DNA of 61,719 nt from an uncultured bacterium (lineage in GTDB: Bacteria > Desulfobacterota > Deferrimicrobia > J040), in assembly GCA_964347065.1 (NCBI GenBank), contig CAYFXN010000005.1, forward strand, positions 1-61,719. The letters run 5' to 3'. The stretch's first letter is position 1. Each line of letters opens with the position of its first letter. The position numbers and the translations under genes are program-made. Below, piece by piece: positions 46,551 through 55,740 of this stretch. A model generated the notes under the pieces. The model worked only from the letters and a program-made list of their open reading frames with translations, was not told where the DNA came from and did not search any database.

Positions 46551-48257
46551 TCAGTCGATGCTCTCCACCTTGTACGCCTCGATTTTCTCCGGCAGGTCGA
46601 AAAATACGACCATGAATGGAACGGAAGAACCTGGCTGAATGTCGATGTTTGAGAGGTTTTTGCCGAGTCTATTCTGCTGCGACTCTTCAATCGACTTCTT
46701 CGAGGAATTTCTCAGCATCTTGTTATCAAGGGGGTTTCCTGCGTATACTTTTTTCTCTTCCAGAACCTTGTTGCTATCTCCGAGCAACTGGCCTTTCAAA
46801 ACGATTCCGCTGGCCACCGTCTTCGAGAGGTTGACCACGTCGCCCTTTATGATAAATACTTTTCCCTCATTGCGGTTTGTCTCGTAATAGCCGATGAGGT
46901 TCGCGATGTCGAACTGGCTCGAACCCTGGCCGCCTTTCAGACCCAAGAGAGAACGCACGTAGGGAGTATATTTGATTATTATTTCATTTCCTGGCTCCGT
47001 GAAGGCAAGATAAGCACCGGCTCCCGCCACAGCGAGCAGGAATATGAGAAGCATCATGAGGAACCCGCCGAGCTTTGACCTTGTTCTCTTCTTGGCGATG
47101 GTCTTCGGTACAAACTCATAGGGAGATACTGGCTCTCTCATAACCGGTTCGGAAACTTCAAAACGCATATCGGAAACTCTTTGCTCCTGGCCGGCTGTTC
47201 GTTTTCCAATCGCATCCATATCCAGGGTCGGCGTGTCGGCGGGAGTCTCTTTCACAGATTCGATGATTCCTTCCGTAGGCACATCGACGGGCGGCGTCCA
47301 TCCAGCCTCCTCCGTCTCATCGGGCGTGGGACGCATTGATTCGGCAAAGTCCGAGGGGCTTTGAAAATCAAGCTTCTCCTCCTGCAGTTTCAGGTCAAAG
47401 GGATCGTGTTTCTCATCCGGTGGCTCATCTTTGCTTAAAAATTCGAGGGTATCACCGGCTGATAGAATTTCCGGCTTTTCTTCAGCGCTTTCCTCCGGTC
47501 CGGAGGGGGGCGCAACTTCCTCTGTTGCATCTTGCTCCGCTATCGGTTCTTGCTTTGCATCCGCTAAATAATCAGGCTGTTCGAAGGAGTCCTCCGGTAT
47601 TTTGGAGTCCTCTCTCAGGGAGCCGAGGAACCTTTCGAAAGCAAGATCGATGTCGTCTTTTGGCACTTCGTCCTCTTTTTCGGTTACCTCCGGCGTATCC
47701 GGTTCTTCTTCGTCAAAAGCAACCTCCTCCCTTCCCTCATCATCTTTTTCCGGAAGGTGGGAAACCGCTTCTGCTTTGAAGGGCTCCTCTGGCACCTCTT
47801 CCCTCTGCCCGGGCTCCTCCTCTTCCTGTACCTTCATGCCGGCAATCTCTTCCTCTGCGCTTTCTCCGGCGAACAGTTCTCTCTCTTCCTCCTCCTCCTC
47901 CTCTTCTTCCTGTGCCTTCATGCCGGCAATCTCTTCCTCTGCGCTTTCTCCGGCAAACAGCTCTCTCTCTTCTTCCTCCCGTTCATCTTCTCGGGGAACA
48001 GGCGGTTCGACCGGCGGTTCCACCTCCTGTTCTGCTTCGTCGACTTCTCGAGTTTCCTCTTTTTCTTCCATGGCCCTTTTCAGCTCATCAGCGCGGATCC
48101 CATCAATGAACTCACGTTTCAAGTGTTCGTATTCCGGTTTCATGACGATTATGTAATCGGAGCACTTTCTGCATTTCACGCGGGCTCCTTTTCCCGCAAT
48201 TTTGTCTTCGCTCAGCCTGTATTTGGCCTTACAATTGTCACACAGAATTATCATCAA
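46551..48257 (-). CDS. MJ0042-type zinc-ribbon / acidic linker / TM / DUF3426 protein (ZitP/GltJ-like architecture)
   Basis: CDNC..KY.L...KI...GARVKCRKC, ~300 aa Glu/Pro-rich linker, one TM, C-terminal domain (FIIKGDVVN...PFMVVF). Confidence 0.85.
   Translation of the reverse strand: MMIILCDNCKAKYRLSEDKIAGKGARVKCRKCSDYIIVMKPEYEHLKREFIDGIRADELKRAMEEKEETREVDEAEQEVEPPVEPPVPREDEREEEERELFAGESAEEEIAGMKAQEEEEEEEEERELFAGESAEEEIAGMKVQEEEEPGQREEVPEEPFKAEAVSHLPEKDDEGREEVAFDEEEPDTPEVTEKEDEVPKDDIDLAFERFLGSLREDSKIPEDSFEQPDYLADAKQEPIAEQDATEEVAPPSGPEESAEEKPEILSAGDTLEFLSKDEPPDEKHDPFDLKLQEEKLDFQSPSDFAESMRPTPDETEEAGWTPPVDVPTEGIIESVKETPADTPTLDMDAIGKRTAGQEQRVSDMRFEVSEPVMREPVSPYEFVPKTIAKKRTRSKLGGFLMMLLIFLLAVAGAGAYLAFTEPGNEIIIKYTPYVRSLLGLKGGQGSSQFDIANLIGYYETNRNEGKVFIIKGDVVNLSKTVASGIVLKGQLLGDSNKVLEEKKVYAGNPLDNKMLRNSSKKSIEESQQNRLGKNLSNIDIQPGSSVPFMVVFFDLPEKIEAYKVESID
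47815..47980 (-). repeat. Two tandem 84-nt (28-aa) repeat units within the acidic linker
   Basis: CCTTCATGCCGGCAATCTCTTCCTCTGCGCTTTCTCCGGC at 47831 and 47915, encoding ERELFAGESAEEEIAGMK(A/V)QEEEE. Confidence 0.9.
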
Positions 48258-48277
48258 ATACCTCCAGATTACAGTGG

Positions 48278-48814
48278 TTACGCATCTCTCTCCTGAAAAA
48301 GGAGGATATCTTTTATGTTACGAAATTTTTCAGAAAAGTCCATACCATATCCTATGACGAAGCCAGACTCTATTTCAAACCCAAAGTAGTCGATCTTCAG
48401 GTTTCCTTTCCTCCTGCCCCGCTTATCGATGAGGCAACAAATTTTCAGGGATGAGGGGTTTTTGCCCTCGATATGCTTCACGATGAAATCGAATGTGCCT
48501 CCTGTGTCTATAATATCTTCTATCACAATCACATCTCTTGCGCCGATGTCAATCGTTAGGTCCCTGGTAACTACCGGCTGGGTGGCGGGTAACGTTTTAT
48601 TTCTGTAGGAGCTCACCCCCAGGAAGTCTATCTCCATGTCAACCTCTTCGATGGTTCTTACCAGGTCAGCCATGAATACGAAGGCCCCCTTCAAAATCCC
48701 TATCAATACCGGTGCTTTTCCTCGGTAATCGTTTTCTATTTGTTGTCCGATTTCCCCCACTTTTCTCTGAATTTGTTTGTGGTCGAACAGTATTCTGTAT
48801 CCGGTTCTTCTCAC
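48278..48814 (-). CDS. hpt: Hypoxanthine phosphoribosyltransferase
   Basis: GILKGAFVFMADL, VSSY, VIEDIIDTGGT, FVIGYGMDF. Confidence 0.95.
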   Translation of the reverse strand: MRRTGYRILFDHKQIQRKVGEIGQQIENDYRGKAPVLIGILKGAFVFMADLVRTIEEVDMEIDFLGVSSYRNKTLPATQPVVTRDLTIDIGARDVIVIEDIIDTGGTFDFIVKHIEGKNPSSLKICCLIDKRGRRKGNLKIDYFGFEIESGFVIGYGMDFSEKFRNIKDILLFQERDA

Positions 48815-48920
48815 GGAAATATTGTACCCTGATTTGCCTATCTTCGAATATAGCAGAATTCTGCTAGCTCAAGGCGCCAGTCCATCTCCTTGTGCAGCTA
48901 TTAGATCGGTGATGCTCTTT

Positions 48921-49661
48921 TTACAATTGCTGGATCTTTTTTCGATACATTTTCTCGCCTAATTTTGCCAGCACTATGCTCGCCTCAAAGATAGCGAACA
49001 GGGGAAATCCGACGATCAATTGGGAGATGACGTCGGGAGGGGTTATGATCGCAGCAATAACGAATGAAAGGAGGAAAAAAAACTTCCGGGCTCCTTTGAA
49101 TACTTCACTGCTGAGCAAACCGATCTTTGCGAGATAAAATGAAGTCACCGGTATTTCGAAGATGAGCCCGAAAATCAGAAACAGCCGTATGACGACGGAA
49201 ACCGAGCTCTTTATCGTCGGCAACGGCTTTATGAGATCAGCTCCGAATGAGAGGAGGAAGGGGAAAAGAACGGGCAGGATGATGAAATAGCAGAAGAGGA
49301 TTCCCAACAGGAGTGCCAGAACGGCCATTGATACGAACTGTATGGTGGCTTTTTTCTCCCTGTGGTAGAGACCCGGAACAACGAACATCCACAGCTGGAA
49401 AAATACGTAAGGGCTGGCAATGATGAACCCGGCAAGGATTGAAATCTTTAGGTAGGCGATGAAAGCCTCTGTTAAGTTAATGAAAACGAGACTCGACCCT
49501 TCAGGTATGGACGCAAGAAGGGGTCGCAACAATATTCTGAGAATCTTTTCGGCGAAGATGTAAGAGATTATTGCCAATCCGAATACTGCTACGAGGGCTT
49601 TTATCAGGCGAGCGCGGAGCTCTTCGAGGTGTTCGGTAACCGGTAGTTTCTCATCCTTCAT
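48921..49661 (-). CDS. tatC: Twin-arginine translocase subunit TatC
   Basis: EHLEELRARL, TEAFIAYLK, FQLWMFVVPGLY..E, FEIPV, AAIITPPDVISQ. Confidence 0.97.
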   Translation of the reverse strand: MKDEKLPVTEHLEELRARLIKALVAVFGLAIISYIFAEKILRILLRPLLASIPEGSSLVFINLTEAFIAYLKISILAGFIIASPYVFFQLWMFVVPGLYHREKKATIQFVSMAVLALLLGILFCYFIILPVLFPFLLSFGADLIKPLPTIKSSVSVVIRLFLIFGLIFEIPVTSFYLAKIGLLSSEVFKGARKFFFLLSFVIAAIITPPDVISQLIVGFPLFAIFEASIVLAKLGEKMYRKKIQQL

Positions 49662-49998
49662 CAGGGGAGCTGAACTCCTTCACTTTTCCATCGGCGGTCT
49701 TTGCGTCCTCATCTATCTTTTTCAGGTCGTCCTCCAGATCTCCCACTTCTTTTTTCACATCTTTTTCCAGGTCGCTTCCCATGTCTTTCAGCTCTTGCAA
49801 CTCGTCTTTCAATTCTTTCTTGAGCGATTCCTCCTCCACCACCTCTTCGAAACTCCTCTTCACCTCGTCGGCTGCCTTTTTAAATTCCGCTACACCCCTG
49901 CCAAGACTCCTCGCCAGGTCGGGTAATTTCTTGGGCCCGAAAAATATCAGGGCGATGAGGAGAACCAGGAGAATTTCTTGAAAACCGATACCAAACAT
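49651..49998 (-). CDS. tatB: Twin-arginine translocase subunit TatB (TatA/B family)
   Basis: MFGIGFQEILLVLLIALIFFGPKKLPDLARSLGRGVAEFKKA, directly upstream of tatC. Confidence 0.88.
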   Translation of the reverse strand: MFGIGFQEILLVLLIALIFFGPKKLPDLARSLGRGVAEFKKAADEVKRSFEEVVEEESLKKELKDELQELKDMGSDLEKDVKKEVGDLEDDLKKIDEDAKTADGKVKEFSSPDEG

Positions 49999-50076
49999 CG
50001 AATCACCATAATGTAATTTGCAACTGTCATTATAAATCCAAAAGGGCTCCCGGTGGAGAATTATTTTTTCCCTTTC

Positions 50077-50100
50077 GCTTTCCCGTCGAGTCGGGAAAGC
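50077..50100. other. Perfect 9-bp hairpin/inverted repeat in the tatB-activase divergent spacer
   Basis: GCTTTCCCG-TCGAGT-CGGGAAAGC. Confidence 0.5.
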
Positions 50101-50260
50101 CTTAAAACGCTGTTTTCACTCTTTGTCACCGGATTCCCCCTGATCCACAACGGGATGCAAAGCGTTTCGCCAAATATTTTTTTTCTCCAACAGATGTATT
50201 ACGCAGGAAATCTGGGTTAAAATACTACCTTTAGATGGGCATTTATTGGAGGGGGGGTAA

Positions 50261-53200
50261 ATGCGAGCATTTTTGGGTATCGATGCCGGAACGGCATATC
50301 TAAAATCAGCTTTCTTCGTCCCGCTACCTGACGACGGGTTTCACCGGTCGGTTCCTTTTCACAACGGTTACATTGACGTTCCCGGCGGTCGGCTCTATTT
50401 CCTTGACTTCGTTAAATTTTTTGGTGAACCGCTGAAGGTTGTGGAAGAACGTTTGCGCGTTTACTTCGATTTCCTGGGGAAAGGGAACTATCAACTCATT
50501 CTCTGTGCAACGGGAAGATTCGGCAAAACCGTTGCACAGCGATTTGGGGGATATTACGAAAACGAATTCGGGTCTATTGCAAAGGCAGTTTCGTATCTCA
50601 ACCCGGATGCAAATGCAGTTTTTGAGATCGGGGCCGAGACATCGAAATTCATGAGCCTGAAACGGGATCGGGATGGACAGGTCACCATCGATGAATACGG
50701 AACGAATGGTGAATGCGCCGCCGGTACGGGATCTTTTATAGACCAGCAGGCGGTTCGCATGAAAGTGGATGTGGAAAAGATAGGCGACGGGGTCAAGGAT
50801 GTGAAATATCCTGCCAGGATAGCGGGAAGGTGCTCGGTGTTTGCGAAAACGGATATGATCCACGCTCAGCAGAAAGGTGCCACCCCTGAGCAGATACTGA
50901 AAGGGCTCATGTACGCCGTAGCGAGAAATTTCAAGGGAAACGTCTTCAGGGGAAGGAACCTCAAACCGCCAATTCTTTTTCTGGGGGGCGTGGCAGCAAA
51001 CGGTGGCGTTTTCGAAGCCCTGACAGATACCTTTGACCTCGATGAGGCAGATCTGGTCCGTCCTGTCCATTTCAGGCACTATTCTGCAGCAGGAGTCGCC
51101 CTTCTCGTGTCGGAAAAACACTGTGGAACGGATACGGCGGCCGTCAAGATGGGAGGTTTCAAAGTTGAAGAAGGGCTGAAAAGCGTTTCCTCTCAGCGGC
51201 CGCTGTCGAAGGATAATGTCGTTTTCCTAAGAGATAGCGACGAGAAAAGATCTGCCGAGGCATACAATGGCTATCATGGAGACGTTTACATCGGCATAGA
51301 TGTGGGCTCTGTGAGCACGAATTTCGCCGTCGTGAACGATCACGGTGACGTTATTGCCGAGGTATACGTTAGTACCGACGGAAGGCCCGTTGCCGTCGTG
51401 ACGGAAAATCTCAGGAATTTGGGGGAAAAACTCGGCGGGAACATCATCGTGCGGGGGGTGGCCACGACAGGATCCGGAAGAGAACTCGTCGGTGAACTCG
51501 TGGGGGCAGATGTGATCATCGATGAGATAACGGCCCACAAGACGGGAGCGTCATCTGTGGCACAAAGGTATTTCGGGAGCACCGTCGATACAATTTTTGA
51601 AATTGGCGGTCAGGACTCGAAATTCATATCGATCCGAAACGGGATTGTCGTCGATTTTGCCATGAACGATGCCTGCGCTGCCGGAACGGGATCCTTCCTC
51701 GAGGAACAGGCAGCAAGGATCGGAGTGAGAATCAAGGACGAATTCGCGGAGCTGGCACTTATCTCGAGAAATCCTCTCAGGCTCGGAGAGCGGTGCACTG
51801 TTTTCATGGAACAGGATGTGAGCAGTTACGTGAAAAGGGGGGCGATAAAGGAAGACATCGTCGCCGGCCTGGCGTACGCTGTCGTTCTCAATTACCTGAA
51901 CAGGGTTGTGAGAGGGAGACCGCTGGGAGACAGTATATTCTTCCAGGGGGGTACTGCGTACAACGATGCTGTGGCCGCCGCGTTTTCCATCATACTGGGA
52001 AAGCAAATTATCGTCCCACCCCACAACGGCGTGATGGGTGCTATAGGTGCCGCCCTCGTGGCGAAGGAAAAATACGGGAAGGTAGGGGAGATGACCAGGT
52101 TCCGGGGGTTCAACCTGGACGGGGTGAGACTCGACCGGAGGGAATTTCTCTGCAGGGGTTGTTCGAACGAGTGCGAGGTGAAGGAGATTACCATCGAGGG
52201 AGAGAAGACCTACTGGGGTGACAAGTGTTCCGAGCGGTTCAGAAAACCCCCCAAGGTTCCCGTAAAGCCAATATCGGATGATCTCGTCGGCTATAAGGTC
52301 TCTCTTCTCAGCACGCTGCTCGAGGAGGGTGGAAAAGAAAGGAAATATCTGGCGGGGGTACCACGATCACTCTATTTTTTCGAGAGATTTCCCTTCTGGC
52401 ACGGTTTTTTCCAGTATCTCGATGTTTCTGTCAGGGCAACTCCTCAGACTTCGAGGGTAATTGCCGAAGAGGGCTTCGATGTAGCACTTTCGGAACCCTG
52501 CTATCCGGTGAAAGCTGCCCTCGGGCACGTATCATTCATGCTGAAGGAGATGGTTGAAGCTGATTTCTATTTTATTCCAAATGTGATCAATGCAGAAAAA
52601 ACAAAGAGGTCGACGGAAACTCACTACTGTCCCTGGGGGCAAACACTTCCCTTTGTCGTCTCTGCAAATCCGGAGCTTTTAAAGCACATGGACTCCAAAG
52701 TCATATCTCCAACCGTTTATTTCAGAGACGGTGAGAAATTCGTTGCGAATGACCTGTACGAATCGTTCAAGAGATTCGGGTGGAAGAAGTCCAAAATAAG
52801 AGATGCTATAAGATGCGGGTACGAGAACTACCGGAGCTTCTTGGGGAAGATTTCGCAGGCGGGCGAAAATGTCCTGAATGATATCCAGGGGAATGGGGGG
52901 AAAGCCATTTTGCTTCTGGGTAGGCCGTACAACATCTACGACAGAGAGATGAACCTCAACATTCCGGCAAAAATTCGGGAGCATTACGGATTGGACGTGG
53001 TACCGTACGAATTTATCCCTCATCTGGACGAGATCGATATCAACGACCTGAACTGGAACATGTTCTGGGGTCTGGGAAGCAAGTTGATCAAGGCGGCAAG
53101 GTGGGCAGAAGACAAGAACAACATGAGCATCATTTACATAACCAACTTCAATTGCGGGCCCGATTCTTTCATCCGGCACTATATCGAAAACGCTTCAGGG

Positions 53201-53314
53201 AGGCCCTTTTTGACGCTTCAGTTTGACGGACACGGGAACGATGCGGGATACATGACGCGCATCGAAGCGCACCTCGACAGCAGGGGTGTTATGAGGTGGT
53301 GGAATGAAAGGTAA
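50261..53314 (+). CDS. CoA-substrate-specific enzyme activase (two BadF/BadG/BcrAD ASKHA ATPase domains + DUF2229)
   Basis: GIDAGT / GIDVGSVST, EIGAETSK / EIGGQDSK, NGECAAGTGSF / NDACAAGTGSF, GRCSVFA / ERCTVFM, C-terminal SEPCYPVK and NFNCGPD. Confidence 0.9.
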   Translation: MRAFLGIDAGTAYLKSAFFVPLPDDGFHRSVPFHNGYIDVPGGRLYFLDFVKFFGEPLKVVEERLRVYFDFLGKGNYQLILCATGRFGKTVAQRFGGYYENEFGSIAKAVSYLNPDANAVFEIGAETSKFMSLKRDRDGQVTIDEYGTNGECAAGTGSFIDQQAVRMKVDVEKIGDGVKDVKYPARIAGRCSVFAKTDMIHAQQKGATPEQILKGLMYAVARNFKGNVFRGRNLKPPILFLGGVAANGGVFEALTDTFDLDEADLVRPVHFRHYSAAGVALLVSEKHCGTDTAAVKMGGFKVEEGLKSVSSQRPLSKDNVVFLRDSDEKRSAEAYNGYHGDVYIGIDVGSVSTNFAVVNDHGDVIAEVYVSTDGRPVAVVTENLRNLGEKLGGNIIVRGVATTGSGRELVGELVGADVIIDEITAHKTGASSVAQRYFGSTVDTIFEIGGQDSKFISIRNGIVVDFAMNDACAAGTGSFLEEQAARIGVRIKDEFAELALISRNPLRLGERCTVFMEQDVSSYVKRGAIKEDIVAGLAYAVVLNYLNRVVRGRPLGDSIFFQGGTAYNDAVAAAFSIILGKQIIVPPHNGVMGAIGAALVAKEKYGKVGEMTRFRGFNLDGVRLDRREFLCRGCSNECEVKEITIEGEKTYWGDKCSERFRKPPKVPVKPISDDLVGYKVSLLSTLLEEGGKERKYLAGVPRSLYFFERFPFWHGFFQYLDVSVRATPQTSRVIAEEGFDVALSEPCYPVKAALGHVSFMLKEMVEADFYFIPNVINAEKTKRSTETHYCPWGQTLPFVVSANPELLKHMDSKVISPTVYFRDGEKFVANDLYESFKRFGWKKSKIRDAIRCGYENYRSFLGKISQAGENVLNDIQGNGGKAILLLGRPYNIYDREMNLNIPAKIREHYGLDVVPYEFIPHLDEIDINDLNWNMFWGLGSKLIKAARWAEDKNNMSIIYITNFNCGPDSFIRHYIENASGRPFLTLQFDGHGNDAGYMTRIEAHLDSRGVMRWWNER

Positions 53315-54572
53315 GCGAGACGGACTTGAAAAGCGCACGATCTTTATCCATCCAATGACTTACACCGGTGCGAGGGCCATGGCAGCTGTTCTCCAGTCAC
53401 TGGGTCTCGACGGCAGGGTAATAGTTCCCTCCGATGAGAAAACCCACGAACTGGGTTCGATGCATGCGTCGGGTGAAGAGTGTTACCCGCTCAAAATTAC
53501 CATCGGGGACATATTGAGGCTCTTTTTCGTTCAGGGGATGAAGCCCGAGGAAACAGCCATTTTGATGCCCACATCGAACGGCCCGTGCAGGTTTGGCCAG
53601 TATGCCCCTTTTCTGAGAAAAGTCTTAGCCGAGGTCGGTCTTGAAGACGTGCTAATCCTCTCCCCTACATGCGAGGACGGATATGGCAGTTTCGAAAACT
53701 ATGTGAGCAGGGTAAAGAAGCCCGCCTGGCTGGGGATCGTTGCGGCAGACATACTGCGCAAGGTTCTGCTCATGTACAGGCCTTACGAGGTAAACCGGGG
53801 AGAGGCGGAAAAGCTCTTTGATAGCTCTCTCGATCTTGTGTGCGAGACGATAATAAGGACCGGAAAAAACCCTGAAAAGTGTCTCAAAGGACTCATGGGA
53901 TGCCTAGATAAGGTGAGAGATGATTTCGCGGCGATGCCCGTGAGAAAGGAAAAAAGGCCGCTTATCGGCGTTGTTGGTGAGATTTTCTGCAGGTTGAACC
54001 GGTACAGCAACATGGACGTCATTAAAAAGGTCGAAGAACTGGGGGGAGAAGCATGGCAAAGCGATGTGGCCGAGTGGATCTGGTACACGGACAGGGAGAA
54101 TAAACGAATCCTGAAGAGGCTCGGCAAGACGTTTTCAAAGGAAATGATCGGGGCAAAAATGAAATACCTTTACCAGAAAAGGGCAGAACATGCGCTTTAT
54201 TCCATCTTCAAGCATACTTTTTCCGGGAGGGAAGAACCCGGCGACGTCAGCGATGTTCTCAAGCTTGCAAGCCCGTACTTAAAACAGGGGGGTGCTCTTG
54301 GCGAGATGATTCTGAGCGTGGGAAAATCTGTTTATTACATGAAGAAGGGAGCCCTCGGCGTGATAGACATAAGCCCCTTCTCGTGCATGAACGGGATTGT
54401 TTCCGAGTCGATCTATTACAAACTTTCCGCGGATCTGAGAGGATTTCCCATCAAGATCTTCTATTTCGACGAGACACATAGGGATATCGACTACGACCTT
54501 GAGATATTCATGGAGATAGCGAGAGATTTCGGCAACAGGGAGAGGGTGAAGCCAATTAGCAGGGTCTCATGA
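53304..54572 (+). CDS. Activase partner / 2-hydroxyacyl-CoA dehydratase-like subunit
   Basis: SGEECYPLKITIG, GPCRFGQY, IGVVGEIFCR, ISPFSCM. Overlaps the activase stop. Confidence 0.8.
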   Translation: MKGKRDGLEKRTIFIHPMTYTGARAMAAVLQSLGLDGRVIVPSDEKTHELGSMHASGEECYPLKITIGDILRLFFVQGMKPEETAILMPTSNGPCRFGQYAPFLRKVLAEVGLEDVLILSPTCEDGYGSFENYVSRVKKPAWLGIVAADILRKVLLMYRPYEVNRGEAEKLFDSSLDLVCETIIRTGKNPEKCLKGLMGCLDKVRDDFAAMPVRKEKRPLIGVVGEIFCRLNRYSNMDVIKKVEELGGEAWQSDVAEWIWYTDRENKRILKRLGKTFSKEMIGAKMKYLYQKRAEHALYSIFKHTFSGREEPGDVSDVLKLASPYLKQGGALGEMILSVGKSVYYMKKGALGVIDISPFSCMNGIVSESIYYKLSADLRGFPIKIFYFDETHRDIDYDLEIFMEIARDFGNRERVKPISRVS

Positions 54573-54573
54573 C

Positions 54574-55314
54574 ATGAGGATCGCTATCGTCTCCGACGTC
54601 CATTCCAATCTCGAAGCACTTACGTCAGTTCTGAAAGATATTCGATCACAAGGAGCAGACCAGATATGGTGTCTGGGGGATGTGGTAGGGTATAATGCTG
54701 ACCCTGACAGTTGCTGTGAGATCATCGCAAAGACGTGCAGCATAACCATATTGGGGAATCACGATTCTGCAGCTGTGGGCAATATCGAGCCGTCCCATTT
54801 CAACAGAGTAGCGAAAGAGGCGGCAATGTGGACGAGGAAAGTTCTGAAACGCTCCAATGTTAAATTTCTCAAGAATTTAAAGAGTGCTGTCGTTTTCAAC
54901 GACGAGGTATTGATCGTTCACGGCGCTCCCTCTGACCCTGACAGGTATATTATCTCGGAAAGTTCGGCGAAAACTGAGTTGATGTACATGACAAAAAATA
55001 TCAACAAAACCATATGCTTTTTCGGGCACACGCACTATCCTGGCGCTTATGAGCTGAGCGTGGGCGGGGTTTTTTCGGGTTATCGAGGGCAGGGCTCCAT
55101 CACCCTAGCGCCCCGCGCGAGCTACCTGATCAATCCCGGTTCCACGGGACAGCCAAGGGACGGTGACACGCGGGCTTCATACGTTTTGTTCGATAGAGAT
55201 AAAAGGGTTGTTACGTGGCGGAGGATACCATATGATATAAATTCCTGCCAGGAAAAAATTATCAACGCTGGCCTTCCGTCGTTTCTCGCTGAGAGGCTTG
55301 CCGGTGGTTACTAA
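54574..55314 (+). CDS. Calcineurin-like metallophosphoesterase
   Basis: VSDVHSN, CLGDVVGY, GNHD, VHGAP, FFGHTH, INPGSTGQPRDGD. Confidence 0.92.
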   Translation: MRIAIVSDVHSNLEALTSVLKDIRSQGADQIWCLGDVVGYNADPDSCCEIIAKTCSITILGNHDSAAVGNIEPSHFNRVAKEAAMWTRKVLKRSNVKFLKNLKSAVVFNDEVLIVHGAPSDPDRYIISESSAKTELMYMTKNINKTICFFGHTHYPGAYELSVGGVFSGYRGQGSITLAPRASYLINPGSTGQPRDGDTRASYVLFDRDKRVVTWRRIPYDINSCQEKIINAGLPSFLAERLAGGY

Positions 55315-55733
55315 TGGCAGATTACCGGATGCTCCCCCATACGGCAGATATTATGATCATGGTCGAAGGGGCATCTCTTGACGATCTCTTCAAGAGGGCT
55401 GGAGAGTCTCTCGCCAGCATCGTCCTGGACAGGAGAAGGATCAGAAAGCGAAGTAAGCAGCAGGCGGTGCTTAAGGGTTCAGGGCCCGAGGAATTGCTCT
55501 TTCACTTCCTGCGATGGATACACTTTTTGATTTTTGCGGAAAACTTTCTCGTTCGGAGGGCTGAAGGGAAAATAGATACAGCGGGAAACACATTCAGAGC
55601 TGTGGCCTGGGGAGAATCTTTCGAGGAGGGAAGACATATTTTCAAGACGGAGGTCAAAGCGGTAACCTACCACAACCTCAGGATCGAGAGAAGAGGGGAG
55701 GGGTATCGCGCAATATTTATCATCGATGTGTAG
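55314..55733 (+). CDS. Archease
   Basis: YRMLPHTADI...EVKAVTYHNL...IIDV. TAATG overlap with the upstream gene. Confidence 0.93.
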   Translation: MADYRMLPHTADIMIMVEGASLDDLFKRAGESLASIVLDRRRIRKRSKQQAVLKGSGPEELLFHFLRWIHFLIFAENFLVRRAEGKIDTAGNTFRAVAWGESFEEGRHIFKTEVKAVTYHNLRIERRGEGYRAIFIIDV

Positions 55734-55740
55734 GTGAATC

